This document shows, in pieces, positions 1 to 8,602 of a stretch of 44,014 bases of DNA. The notes under the pieces are model-generated. The model saw only the letters and a program-made list of their open reading frames with translations. It did no database searches and was not told the origin of the DNA. The position numbers and the translations under genes are program-made. This stretch comes from a virus (Duplodnaviria; Caudoviricetes): the IMG/VR virus record IMGVR_UViG_3300010366_000005, positions 1 through 44,014 of that record; one strand, given 5' to 3'. The stretch's first letter is position 1; each line of letters opens with the position of its first letter.

Positions 1-123
1 ACGGAACTGGCCGACAGCCTTGGCGTTTATGGCGCTCACGGCGATGAGGATGTTCCTGGCGATGTAACTTGCACCGAGGCCAAGCCTTGCCGCATGTGCT
101 TCGAGAGTGGACTTCGCGGGCGA
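1..123. repeat. Terminal direct repeat, identical to 43892-44014 (circular assembly overlap)
   Basis: 123-bp exact match at both ends; an ORF reads through the join. Confidence 0.97.
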
Positions 124-210
124 ATACTCGCAGCCGTCGAAATTGAAAGAAAACTTGGAAGGGCGGGAGAGGAGTAGCTGTTATGGGAGCGGGGCGCTTC
201 GGACGCTGAT

Positions 211-522
211 ATGGGTAGCATTTTTAAGCTGTTTTTAGGACGAGCGCTGAATCTGCTGGGATACCCTGCGCTGGTGCGTGAGTGCGATTACGAGTCCCAC
301 GCACTAGGCGCAAGAGTAAGGGTGAAGAAATTGGAACTCTTCACCCTGATTGAGGTGAATGGAATAGACGTCTACTTCAATCGGTTCACCGGCACGATTG
401 ATGGTGTAGGTATTAACCCAAGCGCTGGTTGCACGTTGGATGCAATGCGAGGATCAATGCATCCTGCCGCGCAACTCGATACTCCGGTGATACCAGCTCG
501 TATGCGAACCACTGCGGATTAG
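211..522 (+). CDS. Hypothetical protein, 103 aa
   Basis: ORF just after a junction repeat; its 3' end overlaps the antisense GIY-YIG gene. Confidence 0.6.
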   Translation: MGSIFKLFLGRALNLLGYPALVRECDYESHALGARVRVKKLELFTLIEVNGIDVYFNRFTGTIDGVGINPSAGCTLDAMRGSMHPAAQLDTPVIPARMRTTAD

Positions 523-707
523 AGCGTGCAACGCAGGTGTTCTGTTCATTTGGTCAGGTGTTGAAGAAGCCGATCGCGAATGTTTTTGGCTTCTCCGATA
601 TAGATCCAAACACCCTGATTGAAGAGCGCGTAGACGCCGGACAATTGGGATGCGTTGTCGAGAATGCTGATGCGTGTGAATTGGAAACCCTTGGTTCCTG
701 TCCACAT
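413..707 (-). pseudogene. Frameshifted small GIY-YIG nuclease-domain gene
   Basis: SGVYALFNQGVWIYIGEAKNIRDRLLQHL motif, stop at 546-548. Removing one A near 549-551 continues the frame EQNTCVARSNPQWFAYELV...LHPTCNQRLG* to TAA at 413-415. Confidence 0.75.
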
Positions 708-809
708 GATGATTGACATCTCGGTTCTGAGAACTGTAAAGTTCTCGGTTCGTAAAGGTGAAGGGCCCTGGGGGAGGGATAACTTCCCCACACTAAACAG
801 CAACTCACC

Positions 810-1025
810 ATGGCTCGATTCGCGATCCCGGCAAGGCTTGACGAATCGAGCCTTCGTGTTACGGCCTACCGACAGGGTGAGGCATTGCTGTCGGAGGCTA
901 GGCGGGAGGCTTGCGCCAGGATTGCGGATGAATTGGCAGAAAAGCTCAATTGGCCTGCTTGCGATGAGTGTGATGTGGCCAAAAGTATCGCCGCCGCTAG
1001 CCGCCAGAGAGGAGAGAGGGAGTGA
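810..1025 (+). CDS. Small hypothetical protein, possibly a 3' remnant
   Basis: Ends AAASRQRGERE, like 41672-41968 (AAAIRQRGERE). Confidence 0.5.
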   Translation: MARFAIPARLDESSLRVTAYRQGEALLSEARREACARIADELAEKLNWPACDECDVAKSIAAASRQRGERE

Positions 1026-1135
1026 GCCAAAATCCGTGGATGATGCGCGAAATGTCGAAACTAGAAGTTGCTCTATGGATTACAGCAGGAATAATTGTAG
1101 GCATAGCGTGCTTCGCGATTATTTTGTGCAGATAG
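1022..1135 (+). CDS. Small membrane peptide, 37 aa
   Basis: GTGA overlap with upstream stop; hydrophobic LWITAGIIVGIACFAIIL. Confidence 0.5.
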   Translation: MSQNPWMMREMSKLEVALWITAGIIVGIACFAIILCR

Positions 1136-1155
1136 TGCCAGAGAGGAGAGCTCCA

Positions 1156-1395
1156 ATGAATTTCATGACAGCAGAGGAACGTTACCAGCGCGACCCGCTC
1201 TTTCATCAGTTGGTAGAGATGATGTGCCACCATATAGAGGAGCTTCGATTAACGCCTACCGAAATGAGAGAAGCGGCAATGCTGGCATGTCTCAAGTATG
1301 AAAATACGCATATACGCCCAATGACCTTTGGGCCATTCCGCGATAGGGCCAAAAACATCATCCGGCTGGATTTGGCCGAGGCGGGAGGAGAGTAG
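1156..1395 (+). CDS. Hypothetical protein, 79 aa (MNFMTAEERY...)
   Basis: SD AGGAGAG before ATG 1156; ends EAGGE in a junction repeat. Confidence 0.7.
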   Translation: MNFMTAEERYQRDPLFHQLVEMMCHHIEELRLTPTEMREAAMLACLKYENTHIRPMTFGPFRDRAKNIIRLDLAEAGGE

Positions 1396-1400
1396 CTGTT

Positions 1401-1511
1401 ATGGGAGCCACCTGTAGATGCAGAAAACGACCTAGGCGTTGGTGCATGTGGCATGGACTGTTGCGCTTACTCGCGGCCCCGGCCCGCGCGCGGAAGGAGA
1501 AGGGGAAATGA
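1401..1511 (+). CDS. Mini-protein MGATCRC...AAPARARKEKGK
   Basis: Same N- and C-termini as 43626-43865 with a different middle. Confidence 0.55.
   Translation: MGATCRCRKRPRRWCMWHGLLRLLAAPARARKEKGK
1472..1511 (+). repeat. 40-bp junction repeat D, identical to 43826-43865
   Basis: cgcggccccggcccgcgcgcggaaggagaaggggaaatga at both sites. Confidence 0.95.
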
Positions 1512-1627
1512 CTTGCTACCTTTGCTGCCGCAAGGTAACGACCAAGAGCAACATTGTCTTCGTCGGTAGCCAGCCAGTCCACTTCGGCCCATGTCCTAAA
1601 AGAAAAAAGCGGAGGACTAGCCCATGA
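1508..1627 (+). CDS. Small Cys/His zinc-binding-like protein
   Basis: ATGA overlap; CYLCC...HFGPC. Confidence 0.55.
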   Translation: MTCYLCCRKVTTKSNIVFVGSQPVHFGPCPKRKKRRTSP

Positions 1628-1737
1628 AGCCTGAAGAGGTTTACGTCCCTCGGCCCTGGAAACTTATCTGGTACCAATCCGCAGCTAAGACTTGGCTGCT
1701 GAAGATCGCGCATTGGAATGGAAAGGAATGGGTATGA
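1624..1737 (+). CDS. Small Trp-rich hypothetical protein
   Basis: SD GGAGG; ATGA overlaps at both ends. Confidence 0.55.
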   Translation: MKPEEVYVPRPWKLIWYQSAAKTWLLKIAHWNGKEWV

Positions 1738-2417
1738 AGCCTGACGACATGGACGACAGGGAGTTGCTCAATAGCTACCAAAATGGTCCTTGCGAATGCG
1801 ATGACTGTAGAGTGCAACGGGCCGAAATCCTGCGCCGCATGGCTGCGGGGCGGGAGGCGGAGAAGCGCCTCAATCTAATCGCGGATGCCTGGAAAAATCG
1901 AAGCATTGATTACGAGCGGGAGGTTGCAACCGTCCAGTTCGGAGAAGCCGAGTTGATTGATGATATCTTAAGTGGCAAGTTCACCGGGGCCGCGCCCACC
2001 CCGAAGCCTAGCAAGCCTTGGGGATCGTCTGGTTACTTGGAAGTATTGCCGGACGAAGCGCCCACCCCGAAGGCAGCGCCGGAGTTCAAGGGATGGGTCG
2101 CATTCGGCTGCGGCAAGCATCCTTTCAACGCAATGGGCGCGACGGCGTACAACATCGACTGCATTGACTGCCAGAGACAGCCCAAACTAGCTTGGTTCGC
2201 GGGTAGTCTACTATCTCCAGCAGAGGCTACCCCGAAGGCACAGGAGGCGGGCTGGAAATGTGAATGCGGAGCGATATTTGTCTTTACTCCAGTATCTTTA
2301 GTGAATGGCAAAGCTGATCGCAAGCACCCCGAATTTTGCCCCTATTGTGGGAGAGAATCCAACTTCGGAGCAGAGGACAGAACTACATTCACCAAAGTCG
2401 AAACAGGAAAGGAGTAG
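1734..2417 (+). CDS. Modular hypothetical protein with several CxxC motifs
   Basis: Modules separated by APTPK/ATPK linkers; C-terminal CECG...CPYCG. Confidence 0.7.
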   Translation: MKPDDMDDRELLNSYQNGPCECDDCRVQRAEILRRMAAGREAEKRLNLIADAWKNRSIDYEREVATVQFGEAELIDDILSGKFTGAAPTPKPSKPWGSSGYLEVLPDEAPTPKAAPEFKGWVAFGCGKHPFNAMGATAYNIDCIDCQRQPKLAWFAGSLLSPAEATPKAQEAGWKCECGAIFVFTPVSLVNGKADRKHPEFCPYCGRESNFGAEDRTTFTKVETGKE

Positions 2418-2425
2418 CGCCACAG

Positions 2426-2809
2426 ATGAGCATTGAGATCGCTACGAAAGTAAGGTCGATTAGTGAAGGCATACTGATCTATTGCGCTACAACAATAGGT
2501 CTCGGTCTGCTGGCATTTAGCATCAGTAGAATAATTGATGGCACCGCGATCATTCTTAATCACACACAAGTTCCAGAATTTCGCGTGAAGTACGAAGTGC
2601 CGCCCGCATTTTCGTCCACGGGCATCTGTGTTGGCTGCAAGTTTGAACCGTGGCAGCATGTGGACATTGGAATGAATGCTCCTGACCGTATGTGGATTAT
2701 AAGCAACATTGAGATGAAGATGAACGATGACGGCACCGGAAGCATCGGCTGTACCTATCCCAAGCCAAAAGAAGTAACTTCTCCGGTGGGCATCAAGGAC
2801 AAGGAGTAA
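2426..2809 (+). CDS. Hypothetical membrane-anchored protein
   Basis: SD AAGGAG; N-terminal hydrophobic segment. Confidence 0.6.
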   Translation: MSIEIATKVRSISEGILIYCATTIGLGLLAFSISRIIDGTAIILNHTQVPEFRVKYEVPPAFSSTGICVGCKFEPWQHVDIGMNAPDRMWIISNIEMKMNDDGTGSIGCTYPKPKEVTSPVGIKDKE

Positions 2810-2814
2810 GCTGC

Positions 2815-3240
2815 GTGACTATCATTGACCAATTAAAACGCGACGAAGGCTTGAGACTCAATCCCTACCAAGACACGCTCGGGTTCTGGACGGTCGGGTA
2901 CGGGCACAAGATGGGACCGCAAGAGCATTATCCAGCCGGCATCTCGCAAGACGAGGCTGAGTTGCTGTTGCAGACTGATCTTCAGCGCTGTACGCTCGCC
3001 TTGAATGCGGCACTACCGTGGGTGGCTGGTCTAGACGATCCGCGCCAAGGCGCACTTCAGAACATGGCGTATAACATCGGGGTGCACGGGTTGCTGGGAT
3101 TCAAGCAGACATTGGCGGCAGTTGAGAGTGGCGAGTATGCGGTGGCTGCCGAGAAGATGCTTGAGTCGCGCTGGGCCAGCCAGGTCGGGCCGAGAGCGTT
3201 GAGGTTAGCGGCCCAGATGCGGGATGGAGAGTGGACTTAA
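2815..3240 (+). CDS. Endolysin, GH24 (T4 lysozyme-like)
   Basis: LKRDEGLRLNPYQDTLGFWTVGYGH (E-x8-D-x5-T triad); SRWASQVGPRA C-terminal motif. Confidence 0.93.
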   Translation: MTIIDQLKRDEGLRLNPYQDTLGFWTVGYGHKMGPQEHYPAGISQDEAELLLQTDLQRCTLALNAALPWVAGLDDPRQGALQNMAYNIGVHGLLGFKQTLAAVESGEYAVAAEKMLESRWASQVGPRALRLAAQMRDGEWT

Positions 3241-3256
3241 ATTTCAGGAGGAAAAC

Positions 3257-3421
3257 ATGACTGGACTTTGGATCTTTACCGGAGTGGTGCTGGGCGGTCT
3301 CGGAGTATGGGCCTACGACCGCTATTTCTCGTCTGTCTATATGCTCGGGGTGGAACTCTACAAGCGCGCCCAGGGGGATATTGAGAAGGCGTGGACACAT
3401 GTCCGCAAGCTGGTGCCATGA
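3257..3421 (+). CDS. Small single-TM lysis-region protein
   Basis: SD AGGAGG; hydrophobic N-terminus. Confidence 0.65.
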   Translation: MTGLWIFTGVVLGGLGVWAYDRYFSSVYMLGVELYKRAQGDIEKAWTHVRKLVP

Positions 3422-4152
3422 TGGCAGCCGCGACTCAACCACTCCCCCATTGGCACGCGCTCGCGCCCCACGTCAAGCATCTGATCATTGCTGGGTTGGT
3501 GATCGCGCTCGTCTGGGTGGGGATCGTGCGCGGCCAAGACCTTTGGATCCGGCTCAAGACACTCGATCTTCAGAAGTCAGATCAGGCTCTCCAGGAGGCT
3601 CGGGCCAGCCTCTTATCCGCACAAAGCCAGAGGGCGGAGGCCGACCAGCGCTGGGCACAGCTGGTCAGCGAGGTACAGAAACAAAACTCCGCCCTCTCCC
3701 GCCAGGTTCGAGATCGGGATGCGGCTCTCCGCGCGAGCCAGAATACCCTCCAGAATGCCACGCCTTCAGACGTTCTGGCACGCCTGCAAGCCGCTTCGGG
3801 GCTAGGCTCATCAGACGCCTCGCTCACCTCCGGCGGCCTCTCTCTTAGCGATTCTGGGGCAAGACGGGTTACGGGTCAATTAGAGACCGAGGTGGTTGAG
3901 AAGGCGGATCTCGCGGATACCCAGAAGCAACTGGCCGGGGTCGAGAGCGAGTTGGGCGGTGCTAATACGGTGATCGAGTCGCTTCGAAAGGAATCAGCCT
4001 CAAAAGATGTGGTGCTGGCTAAGCAAGTCGAAGAATGCAAGGCCGAGGTCTCGCTGGTGAAGGCCAAGGCGCGCAAAAAGAACTTCATCACCTCGACTGT
4101 CACCTATATTGGCGGGATTATTTCCGGGGTGTTGCTGGGGCGGCGAATGTGA
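3418..4152 (+). CDS. Spanin-like coiled-coil membrane protein
   Basis: N-terminal TM, long heptad-rich region, C-terminal hydrophobic segment; follows the endolysin. Confidence 0.6.
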   Translation: MMAAATQPLPHWHALAPHVKHLIIAGLVIALVWVGIVRGQDLWIRLKTLDLQKSDQALQEARASLLSAQSQRAEADQRWAQLVSEVQKQNSALSRQVRDRDAALRASQNTLQNATPSDVLARLQAASGLGSSDASLTSGGLSLSDSGARRVTGQLETEVVEKADLADTQKQLAGVESELGGANTVIESLRKESASKDVVLAKQVEECKAEVSLVKAKARKKNFITSTVTYIGGIISGVLLGRRM

Positions 4153-4379
4153 GGCAGGCCAAGCCATGTCCGTTCTGTGGGTGCACCTTGGTTCGGGCGT
4201 TGCATTATGCGGCGATGGCCTGTCACCCCGATCTAGACAGGATCTTCTGGCTGTGGAAACACGAGAATGAATGCGCCGGCCGCGAGTGCCGGGTACGGCA
4301 TAAGTTGATGGAGGTTCAAAATGGCAACAGAGCAAGAAATGGCAGCGGCACAAGCAGCGGCGGCAGCGGTGCCGCTTAA
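4149..4379 (+). CDS. Small zinc-ribbon protein (KPCPFCG, Lar-like motif)
   Basis: GTGA overlap; PCPFCG. Confidence 0.45.
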   Translation: MRQAKPCPFCGCTLVRALHYAAMACHPDLDRIFWLWKHENECAGRECRVRHKLMEVQNGNRARNGSGTSSGGSGAA

Positions 4380-4635
4380 CCAGCAAACGATAGTTGTATG
4401 CGACCCGGCACATTGCCGCCGCAACTTGCTGGTCAGCATTTGGGAGGAGGAACCGGGGCAGCTTAGCTGGTCCCGCGTGGCTTCGTCATTTACAGTCGCA
4501 ACCGCGATCGCCTGTCTCATCCATGTGGTTTGGCACAATCATGCGATTCCCGATGTCGCCACTCTCGGCGGATTGGGATCGTGGGCGGTGTTCCCATATG
4601 CGGTCAACAAGATCACGGGGATGGTGCAGAAGTGA
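4321..4635 (+). CDS. Putative holin (2 TM)
   Basis: SD GGAGG; two hydrophobic segments; lysis cluster position. Confidence 0.6.
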   Translation: MATEQEMAAAQAAAAAVPLNQQTIVVCDPAHCRRNLLVSIWEEEPGQLSWSRVASSFTVATAIACLIHVVWHNHAIPDVATLGGLGSWAVFPYAVNKITGMVQK

Positions 4636-4802
4636 GTGTCGCCATTCTGCGCTGTTCCAACAAGCGCCGCTTCGCCGATCAGGCCACTACCGAGGCGTTT
4701 ATTAAGCGCTTTGTCTTGGCGGGCGGGAGACGCGGCATCCCCAGACGCAAGGCTTACAAGTGTCCACATTGTGCTTGGTGGCATATTACCAGTAAGTTTT
4801 AA
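4632..4802 (+). CDS. Small zinc-finger protein
   Basis: C..KRRF...AYKCPHCAWWHITS, a common phage motif. Confidence 0.7.
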   Translation: MSVAILRCSNKRRFADQATTEAFIKRFVLAGGRRGIPRRKAYKCPHCAWWHITSKF

Positions 4803-5005
4803 AACAGAACGGAATGTCCTAGATTAAGGTAGACATGTTTGATAAGCTCAATCCTGCCTTGACAGGGCATCGTTAAGAGAGTCTTAATGCTGTTAGAATT
4901 GGGACCGTCCCCTCTCCCTTGTTTTTGGCGGAGAATTACTTGCCGCTCCCAAGTGTAAGTGGTATTGTCCCTGCACCTGATGGAGATTAAGGAGAGAGTC
5001 CGATT

Positions 5006-5365
5006 ATGCAAAACTTGCCTATCGCTTTCAGGCTGGAATACAAATATCGGCACGACGAGCAAGCCGATGCTTATGTTGCCTACATTCCTGTTTTGCGTCT
5101 TTTTGCCCAAGCAAAAACAGAAGATCGCCTGCGAGATGCCATAAATGACGTGGTAATCAATTTTGTGACGCTATGCCATCAGCGCGGCATACTCTCCGAG
5201 GTTATGCAAAAACGCGGTCTTCAGCGCGTAGCAAGCGAAAAGTCCGGTACCGTGAAAGAAGGGGAGCAGTTCATCATGGTTGGGAATGTGGAAGAAGAAC
5301 TCTATGAATTCCCGGTTCCCATCGCCCTGCTTGCCGGAAAGCAGGCAATGGCGGAATGTCGCTGA
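5006..5365 (+). CDS. HicB-like antitoxin
   Basis: AYVAYIPVLRLFAQAKTEDRLRDAINDVV matches the HicB N-domain pattern. Confidence 0.65.
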   Translation: MQNLPIAFRLEYKYRHDEQADAYVAYIPVLRLFAQAKTEDRLRDAINDVVINFVTLCHQRGILSEVMQKRGLQRVASEKSGTVKEGEQFIMVGNVEEELYEFPVPIALLAGKQAMAECR

Positions 5366-5622
5366 CCTTGGCCACTCCCGGAGAATTAAAAGGCGTTCTG
5401 GAACTTGAGGGATACACGGTCATAAAGGAAAGCGAGTTCTATTGGTTTATGGCAAAGAATCCCTCCGACGAACCGCTAAATATACCGAAAGAATCAAAAA
5501 GCGGTTTTGTGTCCCCTGATGTTATGGACTACATCAAGTTCGAGACGCAAATGAGTCATAACAAGTTCATGCTCTTGAAAGACTCTCTACCGGAGAAAGC
5601 CAAGGGCAAGACTCCCGAGTAA
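5356..5622 (+). CDS. HicA-like protein, divergent
   Basis: TPGELKGVLELEGYTVIKES...LNIP...; overlaps the hicB-like gene; canonical G-S-H absent. Confidence 0.55.
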   Translation: MSLTLATPGELKGVLELEGYTVIKESEFYWFMAKNPSDEPLNIPKESKSGFVSPDVMDYIKFETQMSHNKFMLLKDSLPEKAKGKTPE

Positions 5623-5636
5623 GAACGAGCATGCGA

Positions 5637-6554
5637 TTATGCGGGTTCCTGTTCCGGCAGCGGAAGCAGCATGGTCGTGTTTTTCTTCGGGAAAGCACGT
5701 TGCACCATGCGGTGAAATTGGTCCCAGTTGGTTGATGCCCGCATGAAGCCGATGATAGCGTAGAGATGCTGGGCCAGGGCGGGATTCCCGATGTCTTCCG
5801 TGAGCCATTGGTGGTGTTTAGCTGCTCGATTGCCCTTTTCATCTTTTGGGTTGCGGCGTTGCAGTTCTTCAAGGATGTTGGGGGCCAGGCGCTCATAAAC
5901 GAGATCATTGGTGTAGTGACCTACGACGGATGGGCGATTAATCTTCATCCCGCGCCACTGCCAGCCGCGAAGGCGGAACATCTCTTGGTAGAACTCGTCG
6001 GGAAATCGTTTGGCCCATGCCGCCAATTCTTTCCGGAGAAAACGGTCAAGAATGGCCTGTAGTGCCAGCTTGTCCCTAATTTCTTGGTATCCTGTGGCTT
6101 CGTCGACCAGGGCGATGATGCCAACATGGGCAAGTCCACGCATCAGTAGATCGCAGGCAAGAATGATGTGCTGATAGCGTTCCGGAACTTTGCCGGTTTC
6201 CTTTACGGAGTGGTCGCGGAATTTCAGATAAACATCGCACACCTTCGGCAACAGGTTGGCGTCATAGCCAACAGACTTAGATTTGCCGGCCTGATAAAAG
6301 ATTGGTTTCGTCGACTCTCTCAATTCTTTTGTTATGTATGGCTTAAGCACTTCTGCCTGTAAGAAAAAAGGCAAATCGTCGACAGTGCTAAGAACGCCAG
6401 TTCCGGCCTTGGGCGAACGCGCACGCCCGATTGCGCGAAGGAAACCGGCTTGATTCAAGACGCGGGTTCCATCCTCAAGCACGGCGCAAGGCAACTTGCT
6501 GTTGCCGATCGTCAGATCTCCAATATGGGTGGCTTTTCTTGTTTCATTACTCAT
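5637..6554 (-). CDS. P63C-domain protein
   Basis: LPCAVLEDGTRVL, GLAHVGIIALVDEATGYQ, WAKRFPDEFY, KHHQWLT motifs. Confidence 0.9.
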   Translation of the reverse strand: MSNETRKATHIGDLTIGNSKLPCAVLEDGTRVLNQAGFLRAIGRARSPKAGTGVLSTVDDLPFFLQAEVLKPYITKELRESTKPIFYQAGKSKSVGYDANLLPKVCDVYLKFRDHSVKETGKVPERYQHIILACDLLMRGLAHVGIIALVDEATGYQEIRDKLALQAILDRFLRKELAAWAKRFPDEFYQEMFRLRGWQWRGMKINRPSVVGHYTNDLVYERLAPNILEELQRRNPKDEKGNRAAKHHQWLTEDIGNPALAQHLYAIIGFMRASTNWDQFHRMVQRAFPKKNTTMLLPLPEQEPA

Positions 6555-7435
6555 GCGTCTACTCCTACCGCCCGTCGCAGCGTGAGATCAAATACGGCGG
6601 GATTCTTGCGATGATTGAATCTGTAGCAGAATTCGGTGATGTATTGATGGAGATGGCGAAGTGTGACTTTGTGGTACTGCCCGATGATGCCGCGCTTGAG
6701 CAGGCCCCAGAACGATTCGATGGTGTTGGTGTGGATTTCCCCGTCCACATAGCAGACTTGGTGATTGATCGTCTCGTGCCGCATGAAACTGCGGACCTTA
6801 ATGTATCCCGACCATTCATCGGTGATGAGCATGGCATCGGACACGTCAATATTTTCGCGTACAAACTTGGCCATGCTCTTGCTGCCCAGCTTGGATTTGT
6901 CCACGGCTTTAGCGATGATTCGGCCGCCACGTTCAATCATGCCCACGATGGGCTGTTTGTTGGTGCCGCGTCCGCGCTTCAATGGTGGTGCGCTCGGGTC
7001 ACGCCTGTTGCCCCTGCGCGGTTTACGCGGTCCCAAATACGTTTCGTCAGCTTCGATGATGCCTTTGAGCAATTCGCCCTGCTCAAACATGGCATTGCGG
7101 ATTCTCATGCCCATGTACCAACCCGTGTTCTTGTTTACTTCAAGATCGCGGGCAAGCTGGCGGGCAGATATGCCCTTCTTGGCGTTCAGCACAAGGGAGA
7201 TCGCCAAGAACCATTTCTGCAAGGGCAGATGGGTGTGGTGGAAGATGGTGTTAACTGTAACGCTGAACGTGGTGTTACAGGAATTGCAGTGATGCCTACT
7301 CTCTGCGGGCATCGGCGTGGTCTTGGTGGAATGGCAATACGGGCAAGCCGGAACGCCATGCCAGCGAACCTGCTCGATATGCGCGATACAATCAGCTTCG
7401 GTAGGGAATTTCTTGTAAACCGAGACGATGTTCAT
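6551..7435 (-). CDS. IS1595-family DDE transposase
   Basis: CPYC...CNSC zinc ribbon, HTH (GISARQLARDL), EADETY / ITDEW / HTNTIESFW catalytic motifs. Confidence 0.96.
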   Translation of the reverse strand: MNIVSVYKKFPTEADCIAHIEQVRWHGVPACPYCHSTKTTPMPAESRHHCNSCNTTFSVTVNTIFHHTHLPLQKWFLAISLVLNAKKGISARQLARDLEVNKNTGWYMGMRIRNAMFEQGELLKGIIEADETYLGPRKPRRGNRRDPSAPPLKRGRGTNKQPIVGMIERGGRIIAKAVDKSKLGSKSMAKFVRENIDVSDAMLITDEWSGYIKVRSFMRHETINHQVCYVDGEIHTNTIESFWGLLKRGIIGQYHKVTLRHLHQYITEFCYRFNHRKNPAVFDLTLRRAVGVDA

Positions 7436-7457
7436 GGCTACCCTTTCCTAGGACAGG

Positions 7458-7486
7458 ATTGTAGGAAAGTGGCGGTCCATTGTCAA
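7458..7486 (-). promoter_or_regulatory. Sigma70 promoter for the transposase
   Basis: TTGACA-17 bp-TACAAT on the minus strand. Confidence 0.8.
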
Positions 7487-7539
7487 GAGAATTCTTCTAC
7501 CTTAATCTAGGACATTCCGAAACAGAAAAGCGGTGCACC

Positions 7540-7917
7540 TTATTCCGCGTCAGAGGTGGGAGTCTCAGGATGAGACTTAGACGATTCCCCGGTCATGGTC
7601 TTAAACAGTGTCGCCAGAAATCCGCCGGTAAAGTTGCCGGTGATGAACGAGATCCCCAGCATGGCGAATGAGTTGTCTTGCGTCAGCTTGCCCTCTTGCG
7701 AGCGCTCGAGCACGTAATAGAGAAGCCGCAGTGAAGCCCAGCTCCCGAGAATGGCGCCACCCGACAATATCAAAAGATTCCCGCCCTTCGTATTCAAGGC
7801 GTCAATCAGCTTGACTACCTTCTCGATGGGCGGGAGCCGGTTGTGCCATTGCATGAAGGCGAGAATCAGAATCACGGCCAGGAGAATGACCTCGCCGCCG
7901 ATGGCGGATGCCGTCAT
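7540..7917 (-). CDS. Multi-TM membrane protein (holin-like or accessory)
   Basis: About 3 hydrophobic segments; last gene of the late operon. Confidence 0.65.
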   Translation of the reverse strand: MTASAIGGEVILLAVILILAFMQWHNRLPPIEKVVKLIDALNTKGGNLLILSGGAILGSWASLRLLYYVLERSQEGKLTQDNSFAMLGISFITGNFTGGFLATLFKTMTGESSKSHPETPTSDAE

Positions 7918-7945
7918 TTGAACCAATCCGGATTATGTATCTGCG

Positions 7946-8047
7946 TCATTCGCCCTCGTCATCATCCTCTTTCTTGGCGGGATCGGTGGGCGGTGGAGTC
8001 GGAGGCGGCTGGGGACCGCCCTGATCGTCTAGCTTATAATCCAACAT
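7946..8047 (-). CDS. Small Pro-rich acidic peptide MLDYKLDDQGGPQPPP...
   Basis: SD AAGGAG, ATG directly after the upstream stop. Confidence 0.45.
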   Translation of the reverse strand: MLDYKLDDQGGPQPPPTPPPTDPAKKEDDDEGE

Positions 8048-8575
8048 TTAGATCTCCTTTTCGTGGTACGAGATAACGTGCTTACAGCCGGGTCTCTGGT
8101 CGAACGTCCAATCGCGCAAGATCTCGCGCTCGCGCCAGTCTACCGAAGATTCCGGACAGATGTCGGAAATAATGGGCGACATTCTGGCCGGCTGCACGAT
8201 AAACTTGTGATCGTTGATCTTGCGATTGATGGTGACATCGGTGTAAGTATAGCGGGTTGCGGTTGCGAGCTGGTGATCGCGCCAGAGCCACCCCACAAAA
8301 AGCCCGGCAGCCAAAAGCCACAGCGACTTACCGGCCCTCATCGCTCGCGCCCTTGTGTTTATCATGTGGGCGGGGATGGCTGGTATCGTCGTCGTGAGAG
8401 TTGGTGCGTCGAGTTGCGCCACTTCCGCGCCCCCTTTTTTGAGTTCGATCACGAGCCAGGCGACGGCGCCAATAGAAAGCGCCAACACCGACAAGAGAAG
8501 CGACAAGTAGATGGGCTGTGTATAAGGCCCACCCAAGCCAAGTGTTGTCAGTAGCACTACAAGGTACCTCCACAT
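8048..8575 (-). CDS. Membrane protein with a C-terminal two-Cys domain
   Basis: SD GGAGG; 2-3 hydrophobic segments. Confidence 0.7.
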   Translation of the reverse strand: MWRYLVVLLTTLGLGGPYTQPIYLSLLLSVLALSIGAVAWLVIELKKGGAEVAQLDAPTLTTTIPAIPAHMINTRARAMRAGKSLWLLAAGLFVGWLWRDHQLATATRYTYTDVTINRKINDHKFIVQPARMSPIISDICPESSVDWREREILRDWTFDQRPGCKHVISYHEKEI

Positions 8576-8602
8576 TTCCCCTCCACCCGATTACTTCTCC
8601 TT

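Larger units (their letters stand above)
4810..7519 (-). mobile_element. IS1595-family element with passenger genes, 2710 bp
   Basis: Perfect 24-bp TIRs cggaatgtcctagattaaggtaga (4810-4833 / 7496-7519); 8-bp TSD aaacagaa (4802-4809 / 7520-7527). Confidence 0.95.

Noticed and set aside
1-123. Terminal repeat as biological genome ends
   Set aside because: It falls mid-ORF, far from terS, and its length is typical of an assembler overlap; treated as circularisation.
655-1155. N-terminal extension of the 246-aa ORF
   Set aside because: Overlaps better-supported small genes; SD and ATG at 1156.
6431-7510. 359-aa plus-strand ORF
   Set aside because: Antisense shadow of the IS1595 transposase.
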